Below the pieces are notes generated by a model that was given only the letters and a program-made list of their open reading frames with translations, made no database searches and was not told the origin of the DNA. From the NCBI GenBank assembly GCA_046705025.1, contig JBJKQU010000030.1, positions 181 through 64,180 on the forward strand: 64,000 nt of DNA, read 5' to 3'. This document shows, in pieces, positions 8,988-18,484 of this stretch; position 1 is the stretch's first letter, and every line of letters begins with the position of its first letter. Both the position numbers and the translations under genes were made by a program. The DNA comes from Candidatus Kryptoniota bacterium. GTDB lineage: Bacteria > Bacteroidota > Ignavibacteria > Kryptoniales > JAKASW01.

Positions 8988-9638
8988 ATGAAGAAATCCC
9001 CTACTCTCGAACTCGAAGGCATGCTTCTTCGCGAAGGGATGGAATTTGTAGCGGGTGTAGATGAGGCAGGCAGAGGACCCGTCGCCGGACCGGTAACCGC
9101 AGCTGCCGTTCTCCTGCCGATTCGAACTCTAATCGAGGAATCGTTTAACGCAGGCCGGGAAGGCCGGAGCGTTCCGTCGCTGCCACTGGTCCGGGACTCG
9201 AAGGCCCTTTCTGAGAACCAGAGAGAACTTGCCGCAGGGGCTCTCAAGGAAAAGGCGCTCGACTTCGCTGTGGCACACGTTCCCAATGAAACGATAGATA
9301 AAATCAATATCCTGAACGCGACCAGGCTGGCCGTAATGCAGGCCGTCGAATCTCTGGAAATAAAACCGTCCGTTATCCTGATAGACGGAAAATTTCTGAA
9401 CCTGAAAGACAGGACCTGCATTTCGATTGTCAAGGGAGACTCGGCCGTCTTCTCGATTTCTGCCGCGTCGATCCTGGCAAAGACTTCCCGTGATGCTCTG
9501 ATGCGGCAGTATGCAGAGGAGTTTCCACTGTATGCTTTCCAGAGGAACAAGGGATACCTCACGGAGGAACATCTGGAAGCTGTCCGCAGTCACGGCCTTT
9601 CCTCCATCCACCGCAGAAGCTTCACAATATCTATCTGA
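8988..9638 (+). CDS. rnhB: ribonuclease HII
   Basis: GVDEAGRGPVAGPVTAAAV catalytic motif, ..DSK.LS.., and length about 216 aa. Confidence 0.9.
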   Translation: MKKSPTLELEGMLLREGMEFVAGVDEAGRGPVAGPVTAAAVLLPIRTLIEESFNAGREGRSVPSLPLVRDSKALSENQRELAAGALKEKALDFAVAHVPNETIDKINILNATRLAVMQAVESLEIKPSVILIDGKFLNLKDRTCISIVKGDSAVFSISAASILAKTSRDALMRQYAEEFPLYAFQRNKGYLTEEHLEAVRSHGLSSIHRRSFTISI

Positions 9639-9643
9639 ACAAG

Positions 9644-9997
9644 ATGTCTCTAAACAAAGTGCTCGGCGCCAGAGGCGAGCGGCTCGCGGCCGAATTCCTC
9701 AACCGGAGAGGCTTCGAGATCGTCGAAAGGAATTTCAGGTACGGCCGCGGCGAAATCGATGTGATAGCCCGGAAGGGGAATCTAATAGTATTCTGTGAAG
9801 TAAAGACGAGAAAGAGCTCCGCTTTCGGTGCAGGAGAAGATGCCGTGGATGTCAGGAAGCAGGCACAGATCCGCAAAGTCGCGGAAGGGTACATCTCCAA
9901 ACCGGGTTTGGAAGAAGCAGAATTCAGGTTCGACGTGATCGTGATAGAAGTGCGGGGCAAGTCCACCAGGATCAGGAGCATAGAGAACGCTTTCTGA
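9644..9997 (+). CDS. yraN: YraN-family (UPF0102) endonuclease
   Basis: GARGERLAAEFLNRRGFEIVERNFRYGRGEIDVIARKGNLIVFCEVKTR. It sits in the conserved position directly after rnhB. Confidence 0.85.
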   Translation: MSLNKVLGARGERLAAEFLNRRGFEIVERNFRYGRGEIDVIARKGNLIVFCEVKTRKSSAFGAGEDAVDVRKQAQIRKVAEGYISKPGLEEAEFRFDVIVIEVRGKSTRIRSIENAF

Positions 9998-10457
9998 AAT
10001 GCAGATAATAAGGCCGGAGGCTATGGTCGGCCTGTAGTAAAATAGGGTCATAGTTAAGGGCCAGGATAAGATTCACGTATACTTTCTCGAAATCCTCTCC
10101 TTCGTAGGGGAGCAGATTGTCGTTCAGCACCGGGGAGCCAATCATTGGTTTGAACCTCGGGGCAAGCCCCGAACCCTGTTCTGCCGCCACGAATGTGGTC
10201 CTGCGGAGAAGCGGCGGGGAATCAGACCCGAGCCTCCCGTCCGCCGGAGTCCGCCTCGGCGGACGAAGGCGGATTGAAAGCTCTTTTACGGCGGCCTCTG
10301 CAACTGACCCGGAATCGGCATCGTTCCAATTGCCGCTCAGATCGGTAACTGTGTCCGCATCGATCCGGGCAACCTGCCCGGAAGAACTGCATCCTGCCGG
10401 AACAAACAGAAAGAGGGAGAGCGCGAGGACGAGAGTGAAAGTCCGTTCAGAACTCAA
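9972..10457 (-). pseudogene. probable remnant: lipoprotein N-terminus fused to unrelated sequence across a hairpin insertion
   Basis: Lipoprotein signal (LFLFVPAGCSS) plus DLSGNWNDADSGSVAEAAVKE, which is LpoB-like from memory. Pro/Arg-rich nonsense follows across the 9-bp-stem hairpin at 10238-10265, then an unrelated-looking PYEGEDFEKVYVNLILALNY. The ORF overlaps the yraN 3' end. Confidence 0.3.
10238..10265. repeat. GC-rich hairpin (9-bp stem) inside the 9972..10457 ORF
   Basis: cgtccgccg (10238-10246) / cggcggacg (10257-10265) with a 10-nt loop. Confidence 0.6.
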
Positions 10458-10556
10458 ACCGCGAAGTCCCCTGTATGGATATGGGTATGGCGCCCCAGTC
10501 CACTTGCAACCCGCCCGGCCTAATGGTTAACTTGATTCAATCAAAAATGCTGCAGG

Positions 10557-12182
10557 ATGATCAATAACCACTTTACGTTAGCCGCACTTGCCGCGGAAAT
10601 CAGACAGGAGATAGAATCGTGCGAAATATGCGCATGCGTAACCAACACCTCTAACGTGCTTGAAATTATCCTCGGTAAACCCGATGAAAGCCGGATGAGT
10701 CTCGTTGTCTCTTGCGACCCGCGCATGAATTATGTATTCCTCGACAGAGGCGCGAAGAAGAGGCTCCGCGGTGCAAATGTCCTCTCTGAAGCGGTGGGGA
10801 CAAGGATAAGCAAAGTATCCGTCCGGGAGAACGACAGGACGATTGTCCTTACGTTGTCTAGCCGGAGCTCGATCATAATAAACCTGTTCGGCACGCACGC
10901 CAATGTCCTTGTGAAAGATCCGGAGGAAAGAATCATGGGGCGCTTCCTCAAGCGTAAGACCGTGCAATCGCGGCGTCGCGACAGTACGGAAGAGAGCCCC
11001 GCGTTCCCGGCGGACGATGGCGAATTCAAGGACAGATTCCTTGCAGCGGCAGGAAGACCGAGGCAAAGGCTCTCCAGGATCATCCCAACCTTCACTACCG
11101 AGCTTGCCAGGGAAACCCTCTACAGGATGGGCCGGCGAGAAGAGGGACCACCCGCGACCGATGAGGAATCGCATTTCGATGAAACGGAGATCTCTTCTTT
11201 GTTCGACAGAATCCGTGAGATTAGGCAGGAGTTGGAGTCGCCGCAGCCCCGGATATACTTCGAGGACGGTGTACCTATCCTTATGAGCCTGATAGACATG
11301 AAGCATCTTCAAACTTACGATAAGGTGGAGTATAAGTCGGTCAACTCATGTATCCGGAATTTTGTCTCGGAATCCGAAAAGCATATCGGCAAGTCTGAAC
11401 TGAAGAATACGCTGCTAAACCGGTTGATGAGGAAGAGGGACGAACTGACAAAAACGATTTCAAAGATTGACGACGATATGTCCTCGGACCGGGAGGAGAA
11501 ATACCGGCAATATGGCATGGCCCTGATGCAGCACCTAAACGAGATTGAGAAGGGACGAACCACTTTCGAGACACGTGACGGCGGTACGCCGCTTTGCATC
11601 CCTCTTGACGCGAGACTGGCTCCGGTGAGGAACGCGCAACAGTATTTTGAAAAGTCGAAAAAGGCCCGCGAGTCAAAGCGTCAGGCTATCACCAGAAGAC
11701 AAAAACTGAAAGAACAGTTGTGCAAGATTGAGGAAGACCTGAAGCGAGTGGAGACGGAAACGGACTTTAGGGCGTTGGGGTTTATCGAGAAAAAGGAGAG
11801 GACGGAGAGTCAGCCGCAAACTCCCTTTCGTCACTTTGAAATCGGCGGATACAACATATTCGTTGGAAAGGATGCCGCCAACAACGATGAACTGACATTC
11901 GGTTTTTCGAAACCGAACGACGTCTTTCTTCACGCTCGCGGAGTATCCGGATCACACGTCATCATTAGAAACAAGTCCCGTGAGTATCCCCAGAAACACG
12001 TGTTGCTGTCCGCCGCCGGCATTGCCGCATATTACAGCAAGGCAAGAGCCAGCAAGATTGTTCCTGTTTCGTATACGATGAGAAAATTCGTCAAGAAGGC
12101 AAAGGGGAAACCCGGGGCAGTTCTGCTGGACCGGGAAGAAGTCATTTTCGTCACCCCGGAAATCCCTCCGATTTCAAGGTAA
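10557..12182 (+). CDS. rqcH: NFACT-family RNA-binding protein (RqcH/FbpA-like, ribosome quality control)
   Basis: N-terminal NFACT-N with NDRTIVLTL (DR motif), a central coiled coil, and a C-terminal DUF814/NFACT-R segment GYNIFVGKDAANNDELTF..DVFLHARGVSGSHVIIRN. Confidence 0.75.
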   Translation: MINNHFTLAALAAEIRQEIESCEICACVTNTSNVLEIILGKPDESRMSLVVSCDPRMNYVFLDRGAKKRLRGANVLSEAVGTRISKVSVRENDRTIVLTLSSRSSIIINLFGTHANVLVKDPEERIMGRFLKRKTVQSRRRDSTEESPAFPADDGEFKDRFLAAAGRPRQRLSRIIPTFTTELARETLYRMGRREEGPPATDEESHFDETEISSLFDRIREIRQELESPQPRIYFEDGVPILMSLIDMKHLQTYDKVEYKSVNSCIRNFVSESEKHIGKSELKNTLLNRLMRKRDELTKTISKIDDDMSSDREEKYRQYGMALMQHLNEIEKGRTTFETRDGGTPLCIPLDARLAPVRNAQQYFEKSKKARESKRQAITRRQKLKEQLCKIEEDLKRVETETDFRALGFIEKKERTESQPQTPFRHFEIGGYNIFVGKDAANNDELTFGFSKPNDVFLHARGVSGSHVIIRNKSREYPQKHVLLSAAGIAAYYSKARASKIVPVSYTMRKFVKKAKGKPGAVLLDREEVIFVTPEIPPISR

Positions 12183-12360
12183 ATATTTCAAAGCTTCTAG
12201 TAATCTTTACACGCTCCATCCCACATCGTCCCCAAGAGTGTTAGCCGGCCATACCCGTAACCGACTTTGTTTCTGATGGTTACCGGCGCGGCATTACCTC
12301 CCCGCGCCATCTCCAATCGTGGCACACTTTTGCTACTCTGAACCTTGAAAGGAACGAAAG

Positions 12361-12726
12361 ATGTCTCTGGTTTGCAAAACCCTCGTATTGTTGGAGAACT
12401 CGGAAATGCGTAAGATTGTCGCAGAAGCTTTTCCGCACCCCAAATATGAGCTGGAATTTGTGGACAACCTTGAAGAGGCTACCGCACGAGCCTTTTCAAA
12501 CCAAACCGATATGTTCATCGTCGACTCGAAATTCTCGAGCGACGAGAAGGTAAACTCCATCAGGCACCATATACCGACGCTGCTGGTCGAGCAGGAATAC
12601 ATTCATGATGGTTCCGAAGAGACCGACGCGTTCAGGGAGGCCGACAGGATGAAGACCGCGGCCGAAAAACTACTTCGCAAGAACTACATCAACTGGATAA
12701 TCGACGCGCTGGAATATTCCAGCTGA
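12361..12726 (+). CDS. receiver-like small protein (atypical REC fold)
   Basis: TLVLLENSEMRKIV..DMFIVDSKF..IPTLLV follows the receiver beta-alpha pattern, but the acidic pocket is non-canonical. It lies directly upstream of a histidine kinase. Confidence 0.4.
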   Translation: MSLVCKTLVLLENSEMRKIVAEAFPHPKYELEFVDNLEEATARAFSNQTDMFIVDSKFSSDEKVNSIRHHIPTLLVEQEYIHDGSEETDAFREADRMKTAAEKLLRKNYINWIIDALEYSS

Positions 12727-12751
12727 TCCGATTACTGAGGAGGCAAGTCTT

Positions 12752-15439
12752 TTGAACGAGGCAATATTGTTTGTCGCAGCACTCTTTTCGCTTCTGCTTA
12801 CCGTTATCTATTGGGCAGCGAGGAAACAGCAGAAGCTGCAAGCGGAGGTGCGGTCAGCACGGCGTGTGGAGTCTTTGGCGGGTTTCCGGATGGCAAAGAC
12901 TTACTCGCTGGAAGAGATCCTGAGAGAGATACTGACAACGTTAATGCGCGTTTACTCGTCGCGGGGCGGAACGCTGGAATTCCACGGAAAGCTTTTCAGC
13001 GACCACTCGATCACCCTCGGAAGCAAGGATTGGAAGCCGTTTCCGTTCCTGAAAAACGAAGAGCAGGACCTGAAAGAATCCGGTCAACAATCAAAAGGTT
13101 TTCAAAGATATCCCGAGACAAAGGAAGGACATATCGCTTTCATCGTCAACGATGAAGACTTTTCCTGCCGTATTGACTTGAACGGAGGAACCGCGCCGAC
13201 TCACAGTGAATACTGGCATATACAGGAGTTGGTGAGAGAGAAAATATCGTGGATTATATATGAAAAGATCAATCGGACCGCAAAGGCAGCACTAGAGGAG
13301 ATCGAGCTCCCCTACGCCGTCCTCGACATCAACGGGAAGCAGCTCCTTAACAACGGGCTGGAAGTAGGGCTGCCCGACGTCGATGAAAGTGAGCTTTCCA
13401 AAGCCATCGGTAGTCTCTGCGCCGTCGGGAGAGAGCAGATTCTTTTTACCGCCGAAAAGAGCAAGCGCAAGGTTTTGGTCAGACGGGTCGACAGGGGGCT
13501 CTTTGCGGCCTTCTTTCCTCACGATCGCTCAGGACAAGAGCGGGGGAGTGTGGGTGCAATGGAATCTCTGCTTTATCAGGCTCTCGATGATTTCAGTATG
13601 GGGATGGTCCTTCTCAACAGGGATGAACGCAGGCAGGACACCCAATACAAAATCACAAAGATAAATACGGCCTTCTACAGAATATTCGGACTGGATGGCT
13701 CCAACTCGCAGTCCGATGAAGTGGAAGAGATTCTTACTTCTGCTATGGGCCCGGACGACATGAAGAAGTTCTCCGTCGGGGGCTCCCATTCAATCACGAA
13801 TTTTTCGTATATGCGCCGCGACGGCTTGAAGGTCAGAGCCCGGCTAACGATAGTCAAAGCTCCCGACGAATCCAGCCTTATAATTTTCGAGCCGGTCGAC
13901 AACACCCATTTTCTGACATCATCCTATCGACATCTCCTCGACGCTGCCCAGCACCTGTACGCCACGGGCGACGTGCGGCAGTACCTTAGAGAGATCAGAG
14001 ACGCGACCGGTTCCGATGGTGTTGCTCTCGCCAGGAGGACACCCGACATGCAGGGGTTCGAGCTTCGCGAAAAGGTTGGATTCATAATCAACGTACCCCA
14101 GCTCCTTCTCGAAGATTTGCCGACGCGAGATTTCATAAATGCCCAGGGTTACCTCGTCATACCTATGAAAGACGGCGATAAGGTAACGGACGCGCTGATA
14201 GCCTTAAAGCCGAGCGAAGAGGCAATCGAGATAGCGTTAGTCGGGGCAAAGATCCTCGAAGCGCATAACCTATTGCAGGGAGAGAATCACGAAGTCCATC
14301 TGCAAAACATGAGATATCTTGCCGAAGCAAAGCGGGCCGACGAGGCGACCAAGCTGAAATCCGAGTTTCTCGCCAGCATGAGTCATGAGATCCGAACCCC
14401 GCTGAATTCAATAATCGGATTTGCAGACATAATTCATACCGAAGTAAAAGACCTCCCCCGGGAGCTGATGAGTGAATTCAGCGGAAATATCGTGGCGGCC
14501 GGAAAGCACCTTTTGAGCCTCATCAACGATATCCTCGACCTGACGAAAGTGGAAACCGGGAAGATGAAACTGGACCTGCAGGAATTTTCTATCAGCGAGG
14601 TCGTCGAAAGTGTTCAAAGAATTCTCAAGCCGCTTCTCGACAAGGGACGGGTCAACCTCGAGACGAAAATCGAGGAAGGACTCGACGTTTTTATTGCGGA
14701 CACAGTGAAATTCAAACAGATTCTGTACAACCTATTGAACAATGCAATCACCTACAGCCCGCAGGGGAGCGCCGTAAGGCTGGAAATAGGGCGTTCCGCA
14801 GACGGAATCGAAATGAAGGTTGTCGACAAAGGTGTGGGGATTAAGAAGGAAGACATAGACAGGCTGTTCAAGCCATTTTCCCAGCTTAACGGAAAGGATG
14901 GCGGAAGCGGGCTTGGCCTGCTGCTGACGAGAAAACTGGCAGAACTCCACGGCGGCGCGATATGGATAGACAGCGAGTATGGAAGCGGAACGACGGTCGT
15001 CGCATATCTGCCGAATTGCCCTGCCGGGGCTGCAGAAAACAAAGTGGAACGGCCCGGAGAGAACGAAAAGGAACGGGTATTCTTCGTGACGGCGGATGGT
15101 CATCTTTTCGACCTGCTCGCCACCGTAGTAGACGGGATGGGGTTCACACTCGAACGAATTGAACCGCAGCTCGTCGGAAAACAAGTGAAAGAGGCGAACG
15201 AGGATACGGTTTGGGTGATCGATGCTTCTCCGGAAAATCTGAACGACGGTATAATCTCGGCGTGCCGGGACGCATCGAAGGTTCTGCTGCTCACCGAGCC
15301 GCAAGACATAAGAGCGGTCTCCGAACTTCTGGCCGCAGGGACACTGGGAAATGATTACGAAGGTAAAGTCAGTTTCATAGATAGAAGGAATTTTACGAAA
15401 AGCGAGCTGCTGGCAGAGTTGAATACGACCGGACATTAG
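12752..15439 (+). CDS. sensor histidine kinase with PAS-like regions and a C-terminal receiver-like extension
   Basis: TTG start 8 nt after GAGGAGG and an N-terminal TM helix. H-box ASMSHEIRTPLNSIIGF and HATPase_c motifs (NLLNNAITYS, DKGVGI, GSGLGLLLTRKLAELHGG). An approximately 140-aa tail (VFFVTADG..VWVIDASPE) is receiver-like. Confidence 0.85.
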   Translation: MNEAILFVAALFSLLLTVIYWAARKQQKLQAEVRSARRVESLAGFRMAKTYSLEEILREILTTLMRVYSSRGGTLEFHGKLFSDHSITLGSKDWKPFPFLKNEEQDLKESGQQSKGFQRYPETKEGHIAFIVNDEDFSCRIDLNGGTAPTHSEYWHIQELVREKISWIIYEKINRTAKAALEEIELPYAVLDINGKQLLNNGLEVGLPDVDESELSKAIGSLCAVGREQILFTAEKSKRKVLVRRVDRGLFAAFFPHDRSGQERGSVGAMESLLYQALDDFSMGMVLLNRDERRQDTQYKITKINTAFYRIFGLDGSNSQSDEVEEILTSAMGPDDMKKFSVGGSHSITNFSYMRRDGLKVRARLTIVKAPDESSLIIFEPVDNTHFLTSSYRHLLDAAQHLYATGDVRQYLREIRDATGSDGVALARRTPDMQGFELREKVGFIINVPQLLLEDLPTRDFINAQGYLVIPMKDGDKVTDALIALKPSEEAIEIALVGAKILEAHNLLQGENHEVHLQNMRYLAEAKRADEATKLKSEFLASMSHEIRTPLNSIIGFADIIHTEVKDLPRELMSEFSGNIVAAGKHLLSLINDILDLTKVETGKMKLDLQEFSISEVVESVQRILKPLLDKGRVNLETKIEEGLDVFIADTVKFKQILYNLLNNAITYSPQGSAVRLEIGRSADGIEMKVVDKGVGIKKEDIDRLFKPFSQLNGKDGGSGLGLLLTRKLAELHGGAIWIDSEYGSGTTVVAYLPNCPAGAAENKVERPGENEKERVFFVTADGHLFDLLATVVDGMGFTLERIEPQLVGKQVKEANEDTVWVIDASPENLNDGIISACRDASKVLLLTEPQDIRAVSELLAAGTLGNDYEGKVSFIDRRNFTKSELLAELNTTGH

Positions 15440-15461
15440 CGCGGTGACTCTATAAACAAGC

Positions 15462-16337
15462 TTATGCCCCCTCGAGCTGGTGCTGCCCGTTTGTGCGCCG
15501 GGTGGTGCCAGCTTTCCTTTTTACCAACTCTTCAACCAACTCCTCCGGACCGAAGCAATGCGCCGTCACCCCTAGCGTCGATGACATTCTTGTGTAGATA
15601 GGATACTTCACTCCGCATCCGGCCATAAATTGCTTCACGTCCCGCCTGTCAAATAATCCGTCCCGGCTGCCGAAGTACCTGATGCCTCCGTGAGAGAGCA
15701 TCAGTAACGTGTCGGCAAACGGAAGAAGAAAATTCAGATCATGCGTCACTATCACTATGGTTTTGCCATGGCTCTTCACCAGAGAAACCAGGTCGCCGAG
15801 GTAGTTTTTCTCGCGCAGGGATAGCCCGGCTGTCGGTTCATCCAGCGCGAGGACAGGTGTGTTCATCGCCGCCGATCCGCCGATTGTCACGAGCCTTCTC
15901 AGCGCGTATGTAAGCGATAGCGGATTGGAATCGAGACAGCCCTCGAGGTGAAGAATCCTTGCGACTTCCCCGACGAGCGAATCGTCTCCGGCTATATTCT
16001 CCACCCCGAACCGGAGTTCTTTCATGACGCTCGAAGCGAAAAGCTGGTCATCCGGATTCTGAAAGCTGAGTGCACAAAGCCCGGCCAGTTCGCTGACCCG
16101 CTTGTCCCCCGTCTTCACATCTCCCAGCCGTACAGCGCCCCGGGTCGGCTTCAATACCCCATTCATCAGTTTCAGGAAGGTACTCTTTCCGGAGCCGTTA
16201 TGCCCTACCACGAGCACGCTGGACCCTGACTCGATCTGGCATGAAACGTCTTTCAAAGCTTGTGTGGAATCATACGAAAATGAGACTTCACGATATTCTA
16301 TCTTCACTTGACACCTCTCAGCGCCTCGATTGCACAC
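15462..16337 (-). CDS. ECF-transporter ATPase (EcfA-type) with degenerate ABC signature
   Basis: Walker A GHNGSGKST and Walker B VLALDEPTAGL. LSLTY occupies the LSGGQ position. It overlaps the preceding ATPase gene by 34 nt. Confidence 0.8.
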   Translation of the reverse strand: MCNRGAERCQVKIEYREVSFSYDSTQALKDVSCQIESGSSVLVVGHNGSGKSTFLKLMNGVLKPTRGAVRLGDVKTGDKRVSELAGLCALSFQNPDDQLFASSVMKELRFGVENIAGDDSLVGEVARILHLEGCLDSNPLSLTYALRRLVTIGGSAAMNTPVLALDEPTAGLSLREKNYLGDLVSLVKSHGKTIVIVTHDLNFLLPFADTLLMLSHGGIRYFGSRDGLFDRRDVKQFMAGCGVKYPIYTRMSSTLGVTAHCFGPEELVEELVKRKAGTTRRTNGQHQLEGA

Positions 16338-17128
16338 TTGTAACTCAGCTCGTACCGGTGCTCCTCGGCAATATCTACGAGATGGCCTTCCCTTATTGCC
16401 TCAGAGACGCTTCTCGTCCATGCCGGTAGCTCGATATGCTCCTCGATTGCCGGATCAAGAATATTCCTGAGCGGACCGTCGGCAATAATTTCTCCACCGG
16501 ATAGAACGACGACCCTGTCTGCTAACTTCAGTGTCAGATACGGATCGTTCTCGGCGACAAGAACGGTCATTCCCGCCTTCAACTCGGCAAGTACATCCAC
16601 CAGACAGGAAGCGCTCTCAGGGTCTAGCTGGCTGAGGGGTTCATCCAGAATCAGCAAGCGAGGCTTCACAGCCAGGGCAGTCGCCAGCACCACTTTCTGC
16701 TTCTCACCGCCCGATAGCTCAAGAGGATTGCGAAAAGCCAGCTGTTCTATCCTGATTTTCTTCAGTACCTCTTCAACCCTGTGTCCGATCTCCTCCCGCG
16801 GCAGACCGAGGTTCTCACATGGAAAGGCAACCTCCTCAAAGACGGTTGACCGCAGATAAGTTATCTGAGCATAAAAGTTCTGCATGACGATTGCGATTCC
16901 GCCGGCCGCACCCGAGGTTTCCTTCCTGAAGATTTCTCCGCTCGTAACAGCGGCCGGGTACGACCTCAGGAAATCGGCAGCGGCGAAACACAGAGACGAT
17001 TTCCCTGCACCGCTCATTCCGCTTACGACGATACATTCCCTTTCGCTTATGTCCAGGTTGATGTGCTTCAAGGCAGGTGGAGCACCCTGGGCGTAGGCCA
17101 GCGTGAAATCCTTGAACGAAATAAGCAT
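16304..17128 (-). CDS. ECF-transporter ATPase (EcfA-type), canonical
   Basis: Walker A GMSGAGKSS, signature LSGGEKQKV, Walker B LLILDEPLSQLD. Confidence 0.85.
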   Translation of the reverse strand: MLISFKDFTLAYAQGAPPALKHINLDISERECIVVSGMSGAGKSSLCFAAADFLRSYPAAVTSGEIFRKETSGAAGGIAIVMQNFYAQITYLRSTVFEEVAFPCENLGLPREEIGHRVEEVLKKIRIEQLAFRNPLELSGGEKQKVVLATALAVKPRLLILDEPLSQLDPESASCLVDVLAELKAGMTVLVAENDPYLTLKLADRVVVLSGGEIIADGPLRNILDPAIEEHIELPAWTRSVSEAIREGHLVDIAEEHRYELSYKCAIEALRGVK

Positions 17129-17883
17129 CAGGCGATAAGCCTCCAGAATGAAATGGCGGCCGTCACAAGAAGGACGCCTCTGCCGAGTATCAAGCCTCCT
17201 CTGTTTACTTCAATTTCCAGGAGCGGGGTCACTTTTCTTTCCCGGATCGACCTGCTGCCCGAGAAATTCGCGGCCTGAAGCGCGATTCCGCGATCAAGGC
17301 TCTCCGCAATGTACGAATACGACAGCGGGACAAGGAGCGGCAACAGATATCGCGCGCGGGCAATGAAGTTCTTGTTAGTGTCGAGCCCGCGGGCAGACTG
17401 TGCAACATAAATTTTCTCCAGCTTGTCATGCATCAGGTGAACCATCGCGACTGAAAGTAGATATACATAAACGAATCGCCTGTCGGCACCTCTTGCCGCG
17501 AGGTACTCAGAAATCGTTTCGGTTTTTACCTTTGAAAAATAGTACCCAATAGAAATAACGATCAGTATCAAACGAACCGCCACCCGCGACGCGAACAGTA
17601 GACCTTCGTCTTTGAACTTCAAGGGTCCCAGTGAGAAGACCACGTTGCCCGTGAAGAAGATGCCGTTTATGAAGAACCCGATCAGGATCAACGGAAGAAC
17701 GAACTTCAAAAATCCGCGGTAAATTTTTCTTCTGTCCGGAGAAACAAGCGTTGCTGCTACCAGCAGAATCAAAACGGGAAGCTGCCATTCCAGTCTGAAC
17801 GCAAAGGCTGCGAGTACGATGCTCAGTGTGAGATAGTGATTCAGCGGATTGTACTCTCTCTTAAACGACTCAGGTGTTTGCAT
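17128..17883 (-). CDS. ECF-transporter transmembrane T component (EcfT/CbiQ family)
   Basis: Multi-TM protein with the two Ala-Arg-Gly-type coupling motifs (VAQSARGLD and ESLDRGIAL). Confidence 0.8.
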   Translation of the reverse strand: MQTPESFKREYNPLNHYLTLSIVLAAFAFRLEWQLPVLILLVAATLVSPDRRKIYRGFLKFVLPLILIGFFINGIFFTGNVVFSLGPLKFKDEGLLFASRVAVRLILIVISIGYYFSKVKTETISEYLAARGADRRFVYVYLLSVAMVHLMHDKLEKIYVAQSARGLDTNKNFIARARYLLPLLVPLSYSYIAESLDRGIALQAANFSGSRSIRERKVTPLLEIEVNRGGLILGRGVLLVTAAISFWRLIA

Positions 17884-18484
17884 ATCCCGGCAGGCGGAGG
17901 CGTATCGAGCGTGGAATTCTTGTCAATAAGAAATATACTATCAAGTAGCTTACGGCTTTGTCTACCGGATCGGCGGCCATGCCCTGAAGGAAGGCACTCT
18001 GTATAATCGATTTGCCTATCGCACGGAAGTACAGCACAAGGAAATCCGTCCCTCCCATGGTCACTCCGCCGAACATGAACGCGGCAATAGGCGCCGACGC
18101 GACAGCGCTGAGCACTCCCTGTACTAAACCCGCCGGCAGTGCCAGGTACCACCGCTTGAAAACGCCGAGACGCGCCACGAAACCGCTGAAGGCACCTATA
18201 ACAAGCGTCACGGGTACGAAGAAGATAAAGGCGTAATTGAAGAAGAAACCGAGAGTCAGGTTGGCGAACGCGCCGGTCAGCATGCCCGCGAGCGGGCCCA
18301 CGACACAAGCGATTAATATCGTCCCGATCGAATCGAGATACAGCGGAAGTTTGATCAGTTGGACTGCCTGCCCGACGACGATGTTGAGAGCGATTCCGAA
18401 GGCTATGAGGGGAATAGTCGTCGCATTGACTTCCCGCTCAAGCGCAGAGACCTTTTCAGCCATACATTTCCCGCATGGCGGCAC
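17870..18484 (-). CDS. ECF-transporter substrate-capture (S) component, substrate unknown
   Basis: About 200 aa with six predicted TM helices and Gly/Ala-rich packing. It sits directly upstream of the T and A components. Confidence 0.65.
   Translation of the reverse strand: MPPCGKCMAEKVSALEREVNATTIPLIAFGIALNIVVGQAVQLIKLPLYLDSIGTILIACVVGPLAGMLTGAFANLTLGFFFNYAFIFFVPVTLVIGAFSGFVARLGVFKRWYLALPAGLVQGVLSAVASAPIAAFMFGGVTMGGTDFLVLYFRAIGKSIIQSAFLQGMAADPVDKAVSYLIVYFLLTRIPRSIRLRLPGYANT

Noticed and set aside
8972-9562. 196-aa minus-strand ORF
   Set aside because: It is antisense to rnhB and is Ser/Arg/Ala-rich. I treat it as a shadow ORF.
10578-11312. 244-aa minus-strand ORF
   Set aside because: It is antisense to the NFACT/RqcH-like gene and has no recognisable motifs or signal features, so I treat it as a shadow ORF.
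12320-12334. sigma-54-like sequence TGGCACacttTTGCT upstream of the receiver-like ORF
   Set aside because: The GG and GC dinucleotides are separated by 9 nt, not the invariant 10 nt, and sigma-54 is intolerant of spacing changes.
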